From the NCBI GenBank assembly GCA_035688265.1, contig DASSNE010000034.1, positions 6,055 through 70,054 on the forward strand: DNA of 64,000 nt, read 5' to 3'. Shown here piece by piece: positions 1 through 8,152 of this stretch (position 1 is its first letter; each line of letters starts with the position of its first letter). This DNA is from Gammaproteobacteria bacterium. GTDB lineage: Bacteria > Pseudomonadota > Gammaproteobacteria > Natronospirales > DASSBR01. A program made the position numbers and the translations under genes. Under the pieces are notes generated by a model, which was given only the letters and a program-made list of their open reading frames with translations, was not told where the DNA came from and did not search any database.

Positions 1-1268
1 TGCACGATAAATGCCAGCGCCACCGCCAGCATCGTCGGCATGATGAGCTGAAAGCCGCTGGTCATCTCGATCACCATCACCATTGACGCAATCGGCACCC
101 GCGCGGTCCCGGCGAATACCGCGGCCATGCCGACCACAGCCAGCCACGAACCGTCGATGTGAATGTGAAACAGGTGCAAGAGCGCCGCGAATGACGCGCC
201 CAGCATCGTGCCGATGAAGAGCGTCGGGCCGAACACGCCGGCCGACCCGCCCGAGCCGACCGTCAGCGACAACGTCACAATCTTGCCGAGCGAGAACAGC
301 AGCAGCAGCCCCATCGCGAGCCCCGAGCCGCCCTGCAACGCAAACTGCATGTAGCCGTAACCGCCGCCGATGACCGGCGGCACCGCGATGCCGATCAGCC
401 CGACCGCGAGCCCGCCGATCGCCGGTTTGAAGTAGCGGGGAATCTTAAGTGCCGCGAACCAGTCGCGAATGCGGTAGTACACCGCCGGCATCAGCGCCCC
501 GAGCGCGCCCGCGAGAACACCGAGCAGGCCAAACCAGACGAGATCCAGCGGCTGAATCACGCGCGTGCTTGGCGGCAGCAGAAACAGCGGCGTATAGCCC
601 GAAAAGGCGCCAATGACAGCATAGGCGACCGACGCCGAAATCAGCGTGAAGATCAGCGCGCCGCCCTCGAACGCCATGCGCGAATACAAAATTTCGACGG
701 CGAAGATCGCGGTCCCGAGCGGACTCTTGAAGATCGCCGACAACCCCGCCGCCATGCCGATCAGCACCACGGTCCGCCGTTCCTCGTCAGGCAGATTAAA
801 GATCTGCCCGAAAATCGCCCCCGCCCCGGAAGCAATCTGCGCCGTCGGCCCCTCGCGCCCGCCGGACCCGCCACTGCCAATCGTGAGTGCGCTCGCCAAT
901 GTCTTGACGAACGGCACCCGCGCCCGCATCCGCCCGTTGTTGCGATGAAACGCGTTCAGCGACGCGTCGGTGCCGTGCCCCTCGGTTTCCGGTGCCAGCC
1001 CGTAAATCAGGAACCCGACAACCAGCCCGCCCAGCGTGGTCGACACCGGCATCCACCAATACCAGTGCGAAAAAGGCTCGGGCGCGACGCCCGCCGCGTG
1101 CGCCGCCGCGACATGAATGGTCGGATAATGACCGATAAAGCCGAGAATGTAGACATCGCCCCAATGCAGCAGCAGCAGAAAGAGCTGCGCCCCGAACCCG
1201 CCGATAATGCCGAGGACGATACTAAGGATGATCAGTCGCGGCGTGCGATCGAGTTTGAGCAACCACAT
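1..1268 (-). CDS. ClC-family chloride channel / H+-Cl- antiporter (C-terminal part lies beyond the left window edge)
   Basis: The reverse frame is open from the ATG (complement of 1266-1268) to position 1. It is absent from the ORF track because no stop lies in the window. My translation starts MWLLKLDRTPRLIILSIVLGIIGG. It contains the ClC motifs GSGGSGGREGP and GVFGPTLFIG, plus GTARVPIASMVMVIEMT. Confidence 0.85.
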   Translation of the reverse strand, partial: MWLLKLDRTPRLIILSIVLGIIGGFGAQLFLLLLHWGDVYILGFIGHYPTIHVAAAHAAGVAPEPFSHWYWWMPVSTTLGGLVVGFLIYGLAPETEGHGTDASLNAFHRNNGRMRARVPFVKTLASALTIGSGGSGGREGPTAQIASGAGAIFGQIFNLPDEERRTVVLIGMAAGLSAIFKSPLGTAIFAVEILYSRMAFEGGALIFTLISASVAYAVIGAFSGYTPLFLLPPSTRVIQPLDLVWFGLLGVLAGALGALMPAVYYRIRDWFAALKIPRYFKPAIGGLAVGLIGIAVPPVIGGGYGYMQFALQGGSGLAMGLLLLFSLGKIVTLSLTVGSGGSAGVFGPTLFIGTMLGASFAALLHLFHIHIDGSWLAVVGMAAVFAGTARVPIASMVMVIEMTSGFQLIMPTMLAVALAFIV

Positions 1269-1437
1269 AAGAGCAGGAAAACCTTGGAATTCCGACAGCA
1301 GCAGGTATTATAGGCAGCCGACAAGCACGTTCCGGCGCAAACGACAAATTATACGCCGCGCGGCAGCATCGGAGAGCGTAAACGGAGGGCTGCCGCGCCG
1401 GTTTCGCGCCATGATGGCGACAGCGCCGATCGAAGCC

Positions 1438-1851
1438 GGGCCTGTAGCTCGGGGGTGAGCCGAGACCGGAATGCCAGTGGCATTCCGCAGCGGAGCCGAA
1501 CGCGAGACAGGAAGTCGAGCTGGTCACGGCACCAAGGACGGTTGAACACGACAGAAATTATTTTGGTTACAGCGGGCCTGTAGCTCAGTTGGGTGAGCCG
1601 AGACCGGGAATGCCAGTGGCATTCCGCAGCTCAGGCGAACGCGAGGCAGGAAGCCGAGCTGGTCATCGCACCACGGACGGTTGAACGCGAAAAGATTAAT
1701 TTTGGTCACAACGGGCCTGTAGCTCAGTTGGGTGAGCCCCGACCGAAATGCCAGTGGCATTTCGCAGCGGGAGCGAACGCGAGGCACGGATGCCGAGCTG
1801 GTTACGGCACCACGGACGGTTGAACGCGAAAAGATTAATTTTGGTCACAAC
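1438..1851 (+). repeat. Three tandem 136/139/139-bp units, each starting with a diverged tRNA 5' acceptor/D-arm segment followed by a conserved hairpin
   Basis: Units start at 1438, 1574 and 1713. Each begins GGGCCTGTAGCTC(A/G)..GGGTGAGCC, resembling the first ~26 nt of the tRNA at 1852. Next comes the hairpin GGAATGCC-AGT-GGCATTCC, which is GAAATGCC-AGT-GGCATTTC in unit 3 (a compensatory pair). Each unit ends ..GGACGGTTGAACGCGAAAAGATTAATTTTGGTCACAAC. Confidence 0.85.
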
Positions 1852-1929
<78 letters not shown>

Positions 1930-1948
1930 CAACTCAACCTCCACTCAT

Positions 1949-1985
1949 CCTTGCAATTATGGCGTAGCGTGCCATAATTGCAAGG
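1949..1985 (+). promoter_or_regulatory. Perfect 15-bp inverted repeat (7-nt loop) abutting the start codon of the AAA+/DUF4143 gene; tRNA terminator-like or RBS-sequestering hairpin
   Basis: The arms are CCTTGCAATTATGGC and GCCATAATTGCAAGG around loop gtagcgt. The 3' arm ends at 1985 and the ATG is at 1986, so any SD (AAGG) is inside the stem. No T-run follows. Confidence 0.4.
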
Positions 1986-3152
1986 ATGCTAATACAGCGT
2001 CAAAAAGCTGAGGCCATCCGCGCGCGGCTGGACCAGTTCCCCGCTGTGGCCCTGCTTGGCCCGCGACAGGCCGGCAAGACAACGCTGGCCGAACAAATCG
2101 CGGAAGAGCGGCCGAGCGTTTATCTCGATCTCGAAAACCCGGCGGACCGAGAGAAGCTGAGCGACGCCCTGCTGTACCTGTCCGGACACGAAGACAAGCT
2201 CGTGATCCTGGACGAGGTCCAGCGCATGCCCGAGTTGTTTCAGACGCTCCGCGGGCTCATCGACCAAGGGCGCCGCCGTAACCGCCCCCACGGGCGGTTT
2301 CTGTTGCTGGGCTCCGCATCCATCGATCTTCTCAAGCAGTCAGGCGAAACTTTGGCCGGCCGCATTGCCTACTTGGAGCTTGGACCTTTCGACACGCTCG
2401 AAGTCGACGGCGACCAGCAGGAAAAGCTCTGGATCCGGGGCGGCTTCCCCGACAGCTTTCTGGCGGCATCTGATGAGGCCAGCGCCGTCTGGCGCGAAAA
2501 CTTTATTCGCACCTACCTGGAGCGGGATATTCCGCAACTCGGACCGCGAGTGCCGGCCGAAACGCTGCGCCGCTTCTGGACGATGCTCGCGCACATGCAG
2601 GGCGGAACGCTGAACGCGGCGCAACTCGCACGCGGCCTCGGCGTCGACGGCAAAACCATCGCCCGCTATCTCGACCTGCTGGTCGACCTGTTGCTGGTGC
2701 GGCGATTGCAGCCGTTCCACGCGAACGTGGGCAAACGGCTCGTGAAATCGCCGAAGGTTTACGTGCGCGACAGCGGCATCGTTCACGCGCTGCTGGGTCT
2801 CAATGATCGGGAAGCAGTGCTCGGCCATCCAGTCGCCGGCGGAAGCTGGGAAGGGTTCATCATAGAAAATCTGCTAAGCGCGGCGCCGGAAAGAACCCAA
2901 GCCTGCTTCTATCGCACCTCGGCCGGCGCGGAAATTGACCTGGTGCTGGACCTGCCTGGCGGCAAGCGCTGGGCTATAGAAATCAAGCGCAGCCTTGCGC
3001 CGACACTCGACAAGGGCTTCCACCATGCGCGCGCAGATCTGAAACCGGACGGCAGTTTCATCGTTTATTCAGGCGAGGAGCGCTACCAGAAAGCCGAAGG
3101 CGTCGCCGTCATCGGTTTCTCCGAACTGACTTCACTGCTTGGCGGCGCTTAG
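1986..3152 (+). CDS. AAA+ ATPase with C-terminal DUF4143-type PD-(D/E)xK nuclease-like domain
   Basis: 388 aa. It has Walker A GPRQAGKTTLA and Walker B LVILDEVQ. The C-terminal AEIDLVLD...WAIEIKRS fits the D...ExK restriction-endonuclease-fold motif typical of AAA_14/DUF4143 proteins. GC is host-like (sample line 2401-2460: 63%). Confidence 0.75.
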   Translation: MLIQRQKAEAIRARLDQFPAVALLGPRQAGKTTLAEQIAEERPSVYLDLENPADREKLSDALLYLSGHEDKLVILDEVQRMPELFQTLRGLIDQGRRRNRPHGRFLLLGSASIDLLKQSGETLAGRIAYLELGPFDTLEVDGDQQEKLWIRGGFPDSFLAASDEASAVWRENFIRTYLERDIPQLGPRVPAETLRRFWTMLAHMQGGTLNAAQLARGLGVDGKTIARYLDLLVDLLLVRRLQPFHANVGKRLVKSPKVYVRDSGIVHALLGLNDREAVLGHPVAGGSWEGFIIENLLSAAPERTQACFYRTSAGAEIDLVLDLPGGKRWAIEIKRSLAPTLDKGFHHARADLKPDGSFIVYSGEERYQKAEGVAVIGFSELTSLLGGA

Positions 3153-3495
3153 GGCACATCAGAGTAGCCTGAGATGGCTGGATATAACGCCTGCCATACA
3201 AGCGGCCGCGACAGGCGTCGGAAGTGCAAGGTCAAGCTCCGACCCCTACGCCCACATGAAGGGGGACCGCATCGGCTACGTCAACCGTGTGCAAGCACAG
3301 GCTTTCCATTACTGGCTGCGCAATATGTCCATCAATTCTTGGGTGGAGCGCCTCAATGGACGTCCCGAGCGACCTTTAGTTTATCTTTTCGTAGAAGTTC
3401 GCGCCTCCCAGCCGTTGTGGCAAGCCGCTGGCTTAGATTGACGGCCCCAGGGGCTTGGCGAAGTCGCCTGTGAAATCTTAAAACCTGCGGGTGAT

Positions 3496-5025
3496 TCAAG
3501 CTCCTTCTTCGGCGGTTTCAATAGCATGCATTTCAATCTCAAAGGGCACGCGCAGCAGCTGATCCTTTAGTAGCTTAATTGTATCCGGGTCAACCCGCCC
3601 TGCTTTTTGCCGAGCTCGCCATTCCGCGATACCGTCATAGGTGCATTCGCGCAAGTAATTCAACACTCCGTCGCTACCTTTTAGATGCGCCCAGTGCGGA
3701 TGCGCTTTGTTAATAAGTACGATTACATGGTCGGCTGCTGCGGTGTCTATCACAACATAAGGATCGTTTGTCGACAGATCGCCCTCTATATAGCCTTTGA
3801 CAGCCAAGTCGCCGATGTTAGCGCCGAATGTCGTCGGCCTGTCCACTGTAGACTTCGTTATCCGCTCGAGCGATCCTCGCACAACTTCGTAGGGAGGGAT
3901 GACCTCACTTATTTCGAGGCGATCAAGCATCTCCGGGGACTCGAGCTCCTTTCGGAACTCATCAACCGCCACATCGACGTCGCTTTGCGACGGTCCTCTT
4001 CCATCATCTGTTTCTTTCCAAGGCTTTTTAGCTATTTCTCGATAGTAACTGCAGTGCTTGTATAGCTCCTCCTCCACTCGCTCTTCTTCATCTCCGAGCC
4101 ATAAAATGTCATCCTTCGTGTGGCTTACTTCGAAAGCATCGAGATTGATTTCACCTACCAGCCGCTGATTCGTAAGGTCATTGCTGCCGTGTATCTGCCC
4201 ATACAAACTGCTTGGCCGCCAAGCATCAGGCCAGCCTCGTACAACGCGACCACAATGTAGAACTGAAAACCCCGCGTTAGCACGACTTCCTCGTTTCAGG
4301 ATCCCAACCCACCCGTCAACTTTGCTCCCGTTTACGTCGAAGGAAAAATCTTTACGATATTCATTTCCGTCTCGGTCAGCCAGCATCGGAAAGTCGACCC
4401 ACTCCAACGGTTCGTGTTGCCACTCCAGTACGAGACCATTCGACCTCAGATCCACACGGTACATCGACCGCAGATAGTCTTTTATTTTTCCAAGCGTGCG
4501 GCCTTGGAATATCCGGTTGTGCTTGCGAATTTCTAATATCGTATAATGCTTCCCCGGGTCTACGCCCTCTGTCGCCGAATAGGGCAGCGCGCCGTTTCCG
4601 CCTTTCGACACAACGTCAACGTCTATTGTTACTTGATGCTCTACGGTCTCGCCTAGCTTTTTTGTACGGACACTCCAGATGTTGCCTATCCATGAAGCGG
4701 CCGTTTTGAGACCCATACCGTATTTCGACCGTCCCGAAGTGTTTTCTGGTGGAAGACCGACGTGTAACGCCCTCTCCAGTTCTTCGTAGGACATACCCAT
4801 AGCATTGTCGAATACGCGCAGCAAGCCACCGTTATCCCGCTCATATACTATTCGAACCTCTAGGCGCTCATTCTCACGTGCCAACGCGTCATCTAATTCT
4901 TGGCGGCAGTTGAAATACGACTGAGTCGCGTTGTCCACGAATTCAGCAATAGCGTGCCATGGGCTGTAAGCAAGCCGTCGATAAGATGTAATTGAGTCTA
5001 GTCCTATCTTTAGTTCAAGTGCCAC
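3496..5025 (-). CDS. GHKL-superfamily (MORC/HATPase_c_3-like) ATPase, last gene of the four-gene R-M-like cassette
   Basis: 509 aa, GTG start preceded by a GGGGAGG SD. Bergerat-fold motifs: N-box AEFVDNAT, G1 FDNAMGM, G2 SKYGMGLKTA. The C-terminal ~300 aa has no motif I recognise. The gene is AT-richer than the flanks (line 4501-4560: 47% GC). Confidence 0.75.
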   Translation of the reverse strand: MALELKIGLDSITSYRRLAYSPWHAIAEFVDNATQSYFNCRQELDDALARENERLEVRIVYERDNGGLLRVFDNAMGMSYEELERALHVGLPPENTSGRSKYGMGLKTAASWIGNIWSVRTKKLGETVEHQVTIDVDVVSKGGNGALPYSATEGVDPGKHYTILEIRKHNRIFQGRTLGKIKDYLRSMYRVDLRSNGLVLEWQHEPLEWVDFPMLADRDGNEYRKDFSFDVNGSKVDGWVGILKRGSRANAGFSVLHCGRVVRGWPDAWRPSSLYGQIHGSNDLTNQRLVGEINLDAFEVSHTKDDILWLGDEEERVEEELYKHCSYYREIAKKPWKETDDGRGPSQSDVDVAVDEFRKELESPEMLDRLEISEVIPPYEVVRGSLERITKSTVDRPTTFGANIGDLAVKGYIEGDLSTNDPYVVIDTAAADHVIVLINKAHPHWAHLKGSDGVLNYLRECTYDGIAEWRARQKAGRVDPDTIKLLKDQLLRVPFEIEMHAIETAEEGA

Positions 5026-5043
5026 AGGGACCTCCCCAAGTAT

Positions 5044-5820
5044 TTAAGCGTCTTGAATAGAAAGTGAGTCGTCCGAGTTGCGGATCATCATGTAGCAGCG
5101 TCTAGCATCCAATGGATTTGCCCGTTCTGGTATAAGCCATACTTTGTCTTCCGCATCAAGCCTTCGCCAGTATGTCATGGCGCCAGCATATCTGATCTTT
5201 AGTATCTCGTCCGTCCTCGGAAGAATGGCAGGCGATTCGACCACCATAAATCCGGGCAGTATCTTGTCGAATAGGCAGCGCGAGATCAGTTCGGTTGGGC
5301 ACGTCGGATGATATCCGTTGACACGAAAAACCGCTCTGTTAGTCTCCGACCGAAAGATTTCCACCACTGCCATTTCGGCATCATGCTGCCGGAGGAGCGG
5401 CTCCCATTTAGGCTGTAAGCGATTCACCACCACCAATATGCGCGGTGGTGCACCCTTCAGCATCTCTTCCACTTTTGTTCTGTCTAAATAGGTGTTCTTG
5501 TCACAGAGATAGCCAGCCTCTTCCGATCCATAGCGAGCGCGGGAAAGTGTCCGTACCTGAGGTAACACGTGGCCGTTGAGCGAGTGCGTAGCTGTCTCGA
5601 CTTCAATGATCCACCAATCGCGATAATCCCGATTTATCAATGCTAAGTCAGGTTTCGCTGATGAGTCGTCCGAATAAACAGTTTTTTTGAAAGGACAAAC
5701 GTGGTATTCGGGGTAAATCGAATCGGCGTGTTGAACCAATATGCGCTCGTACTCCGACTCGTAGAGCGCCCCCGGGCAGACCTCGTCATACCACTCGTTG
5801 TTAATGAGCAGCCTGGCCAT
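5044..5820 (-). CDS. Hypothetical protein, putative PD-(D/E)xK-fold nuclease
   Basis: 258 aa. The N-terminal half has the pattern YESEYERIL...KPDLALI...WWIIEVETATH, consistent with alpha-E / PD / ExK-like restriction-endonuclease-fold elements, although the lysine position is not canonical. Its start overlaps the upstream helicase gene by 20 nt. Confidence 0.45.
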   Translation of the reverse strand: MARLLINNEWYDEVCPGALYESEYERILVQHADSIYPEYHVCPFKKTVYSDDSSAKPDLALINRDYRDWWIIEVETATHSLNGHVLPQVRTLSRARYGSEEAGYLCDKNTYLDRTKVEEMLKGAPPRILVVVNRLQPKWEPLLRQHDAEMAVVEIFRSETNRAVFRVNGYHPTCPTELISRCLFDKILPGFMVVESPAILPRTDEILKIRYAGAMTYWRRLDAEDKVWLIPERANPLDARRCYMMIRNSDDSLSIQDA

Positions 5821-7042
5821 CAGCTAATAGATCCACTTTAAGCCACTTGGATGTCGCAGTGTCCTGAAGTCTTTCTTCTTCACGCTTAAGGCGCCCACGT
5901 TCCGCATTTGTAGCGAAGACCGTGTATATGATCGCATGATCTTTGCCTGGGGCGGGACGGAGGACGCGGCCAAGGCGTTGTATTCTCTGCCGCGAGCTAC
6001 CTGACGCGCTGGCGATGATGGCAATCTGTGTTTCCGGTACGTTCATACCCTCGTCCAGCGCACGGCATGAAACGAGAACATCGAAAATGCCTCGGCGGAA
6101 GAGCCGGAGATTGTCTCTCCGGACTGGCGGGCTTATTCCAGAATGGTATAAGGTGGCTCGATGTTGTCGTGACTTCAGTATTTCGAAAATCTTTTCGGCA
6201 GCATCCACCCGCTCATGAAACACGATGATTCGGCTGCCCCTTAAGCTGTCTACAAGTTTGGCTGCGACGGGTATACGCATTGTGGCGCTAGACGCTAACC
6301 GTGCTCGGCTTATTAGGATGTTTTTTAATCGGTCCTGCAGCGGCTCGCCTTTCTCTATTTGCTTCTGAACACGAACCGCGCTGCCGGTCAGTTTTCGGTA
6401 CTCGGCATCTTCATCGGGAAGTAAGCTCACCTCAACATTAACTAATTCGAATGGGCAAATGACGCCATCTCTAAACGCATCCCGATAGTCATACGCATAA
6501 ATGATCTTTCCTAGTGCAGGCTCCACATATTGTTGAAAACCTTCATCATACTCACGAACAGGCGTTGCCGAGAGTCCTAAAGTTCCTGCAAACGAACCTT
6601 CCATCGCGCGAGCATTAACAGGGCTACCAGCTCTGTGACATTCGTCGACAATTAACAGGGTTCGCTCCTCATCTTGCGGCACATGCTTCAGATGGCGAGC
6701 AGTGTTTATCACAGCAATATTTATGATCGTGAGGGAATCCGGGTGTTCCTCACCAGAAAAGCACGATATGGAGTCAGGACTGACACCCAAATCGTCGACA
6801 AGAGATACATACCATTGATCCAGCAGCGTGAGGGTAGGAACAACAATTAGAAATCGAGCACCTTCAATGCGTTCACAAAATTTAACCATACACATCAGGG
6901 CAAAGGTTGTTTTGCCACCGCCTGTGACGACGCTCGCAACTCCGCAGTAGCCATTGCGTATCCACAGGTCTAGAGCTTCCTTTTGCCAAGTACGCGGCCG
7001 CAGCTGTAGCGACCAAGATGATGTGGCGTCGCTGTTGCTCAC
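5801..7042 (-). CDS. SF2 helicase (ResIII/XPB-RAD25-like, DECH box)
   Basis: 413 aa. Motifs: I TGGGKT, II DECH, III SAT, VI QRLGRVLR. The GTG start overlaps the methyltransferase TGA stop (GTGA at 7039-7042). Confidence 0.85.
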   Translation of the reverse strand: MSNSDATSSWSLQLRPRTWQKEALDLWIRNGYCGVASVVTGGGKTTFALMCMVKFCERIEGARFLIVVPTLTLLDQWYVSLVDDLGVSPDSISCFSGEEHPDSLTIINIAVINTARHLKHVPQDEERTLLIVDECHRAGSPVNARAMEGSFAGTLGLSATPVREYDEGFQQYVEPALGKIIYAYDYRDAFRDGVICPFELVNVEVSLLPDEDAEYRKLTGSAVRVQKQIEKGEPLQDRLKNILISRARLASSATMRIPVAAKLVDSLRGSRIIVFHERVDAAEKIFEILKSRQHRATLYHSGISPPVRRDNLRLFRRGIFDVLVSCRALDEGMNVPETQIAIIASASGSSRQRIQRLGRVLRPAPGKDHAIIYTVFATNAERGRLKREEERLQDTATSKWLKVDLLADGQAAH

Positions 7043-7965
7043 ACAAGAGCCATCTGTTCTTCAGCCAGAAACCGTCCGTAAGATCCGCTGACGTATTCTG
7101 GATTAGCCTCGATACTTAGCCATGACCGACGGAGGATTTCGGCCGCGTAACCTGTGGTGTTGCTACCCCCAAAGGGATCCAATACGACATCATCTTCATC
7201 CGTTAGGAATTTTATGAAAAACTTCGGGATCTCAAGTGGCATCCGCGCCGGATGGGTCGAAAGGCCTTGTTTGCGACAGTATTGCTGATAACTGTCGGTG
7301 GCACGCGTATTCGGCACTACCAGCACACTCGGCGAAATAGCGCCCCCATGATCTGTAAGGAATGAATGTTCGCCGATGTTGTGTTCTGACGGCCGCCGGC
7401 CGCCGTTATAGACCTTAGTCTTCAATAACCGCTTCATGCCGGCACTGTAAGGTTGTAAAACTCGCTTGTTGTCGGCCTTTGGCCTAGCTGATTTCGAGAG
7501 CCACCAAAATCTCGTGTGACTGTCTTTTAAGCGAATCCGCTCAACTGTTACCCACTGCGCCGGACCAGGCAGGCGTGCAGGATTGTGCCAGACAAGCTCT
7601 TGACACAAGTGGAAATCGCCAGCTTCTTGGAACGCAAGAAGCGATCGTAGAGGTAGAGTTGACATTGTCGGGCTGCCTTGCACCCAAGCATTGCCTAACT
7701 CAATGACAACCGAGCCTGAGTCCGCAAGCAAATCCCGAAAGACTGGTGCGAACGACGCCAACCAATTGACGTAGTCGGCACCGGTAAGGTTTCCGTACCG
7801 CTTCTTTCGATTCAACGGAAAGGGTGGCGACGTGAAAATGAGCTGGACCTTACCTTTGAGAGTCTCAAAGTACGATGACTTCAAGACTTCTTCCGACTTA
7901 CCATGAAAGAGCCGGCCCCGTGAGGTCTGATATGCTACATATTTAGGTGGACGCCCCTTAAACAT
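7039..7965 (-). CDS. Beta-class N4-cytosine/N6-adenine DNA methyltransferase
   Basis: Catalytic motif IV, IFTSPPFPL, lies near the N-terminus. AdoMet motif I, VLDPFGGSNTTG, lies near the C-terminus, giving the beta-class order. I place the start at ATG 7965 (MFKGRPPKY...). The track ORF extends to 8151 only by reading antisense through the ligD fragment. Confidence 0.8.
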   Translation of the reverse strand: MFKGRPPKYVAYQTSRGRLFHGKSEEVLKSSYFETLKGKVQLIFTSPPFPLNRKKRYGNLTGADYVNWLASFAPVFRDLLADSGSVVIELGNAWVQGSPTMSTLPLRSLLAFQEAGDFHLCQELVWHNPARLPGPAQWVTVERIRLKDSHTRFWWLSKSARPKADNKRVLQPYSAGMKRLLKTKVYNGGRRPSEHNIGEHSFLTDHGGAISPSVLVVPNTRATDSYQQYCRKQGLSTHPARMPLEIPKFFIKFLTDEDDVVLDPFGGSNTTGYAAEILRRSWLSIEANPEYVSGSYGRFLAEEQMALV

Positions 7966-8059
7966 CGATGATCGCTTTGCCGCCCCACTTAGCTTGATGC
8001 CGCATTTTACATGCCGAAGGGATCTACTGCATCTGCAATTCTGATCGGGCCGTACTAGC

Positions 8060-8136
8060 GCCGGCTGCATTTCGATCTGCGGCTGGAGGAGCACCGCGTG
8101 CTGAGGAGTTGGGCGGCGCCGAGGTGGCCGGGCCTG
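8060..8136 (+). pseudogene. 77-bp diverged fragment of the ligD phosphoesterase-domain coding sequence
   Basis: Aligned by eye to 9859-9935 of intact ligD: the first 32 nt are identical, with 7 mismatches in 77 nt overall. It would translate [25 protein letters not shown], against LigD [25 protein letters not shown]. No similarity is visible on either side of the 77 bp. Confidence 0.8.
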
Positions 8137-8152
8137 GACGCGGACAGGCAAC

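Noticed and set aside
1438-1851. Possible CRISPR array (also considered for 29826-29937)
   Set aside because: The repeats are directly contiguous with no unique spacers. The unit lengths (136-139 bp and 7 bp) are outside the CRISPR repeat/spacer range, and no cas genes are present in the window.
3139-3473. Two overlapping ~100-aa ORFs between the DUF4143 gene and the GHKL gene
   Set aside because: They have no motif, no convincing RBS and mutually exclusive frames. I left them unannotated. The segment may contain convergent terminators or decayed sequence, but I cannot support a gene.
7966-8151. N-terminal 62-aa extension of the methyltransferase ORF in the six-frame track
   Set aside because: The extension reads antisense through the ligD fragment; the same peptide RPTPQHAVLLQPQIEMQPA appears in the antisense ligD shadow ORF. 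It also sits in GC-rich DNA, unlike the rest of the gene. The methyltransferase homology pattern begins right after the ATG at 7965.
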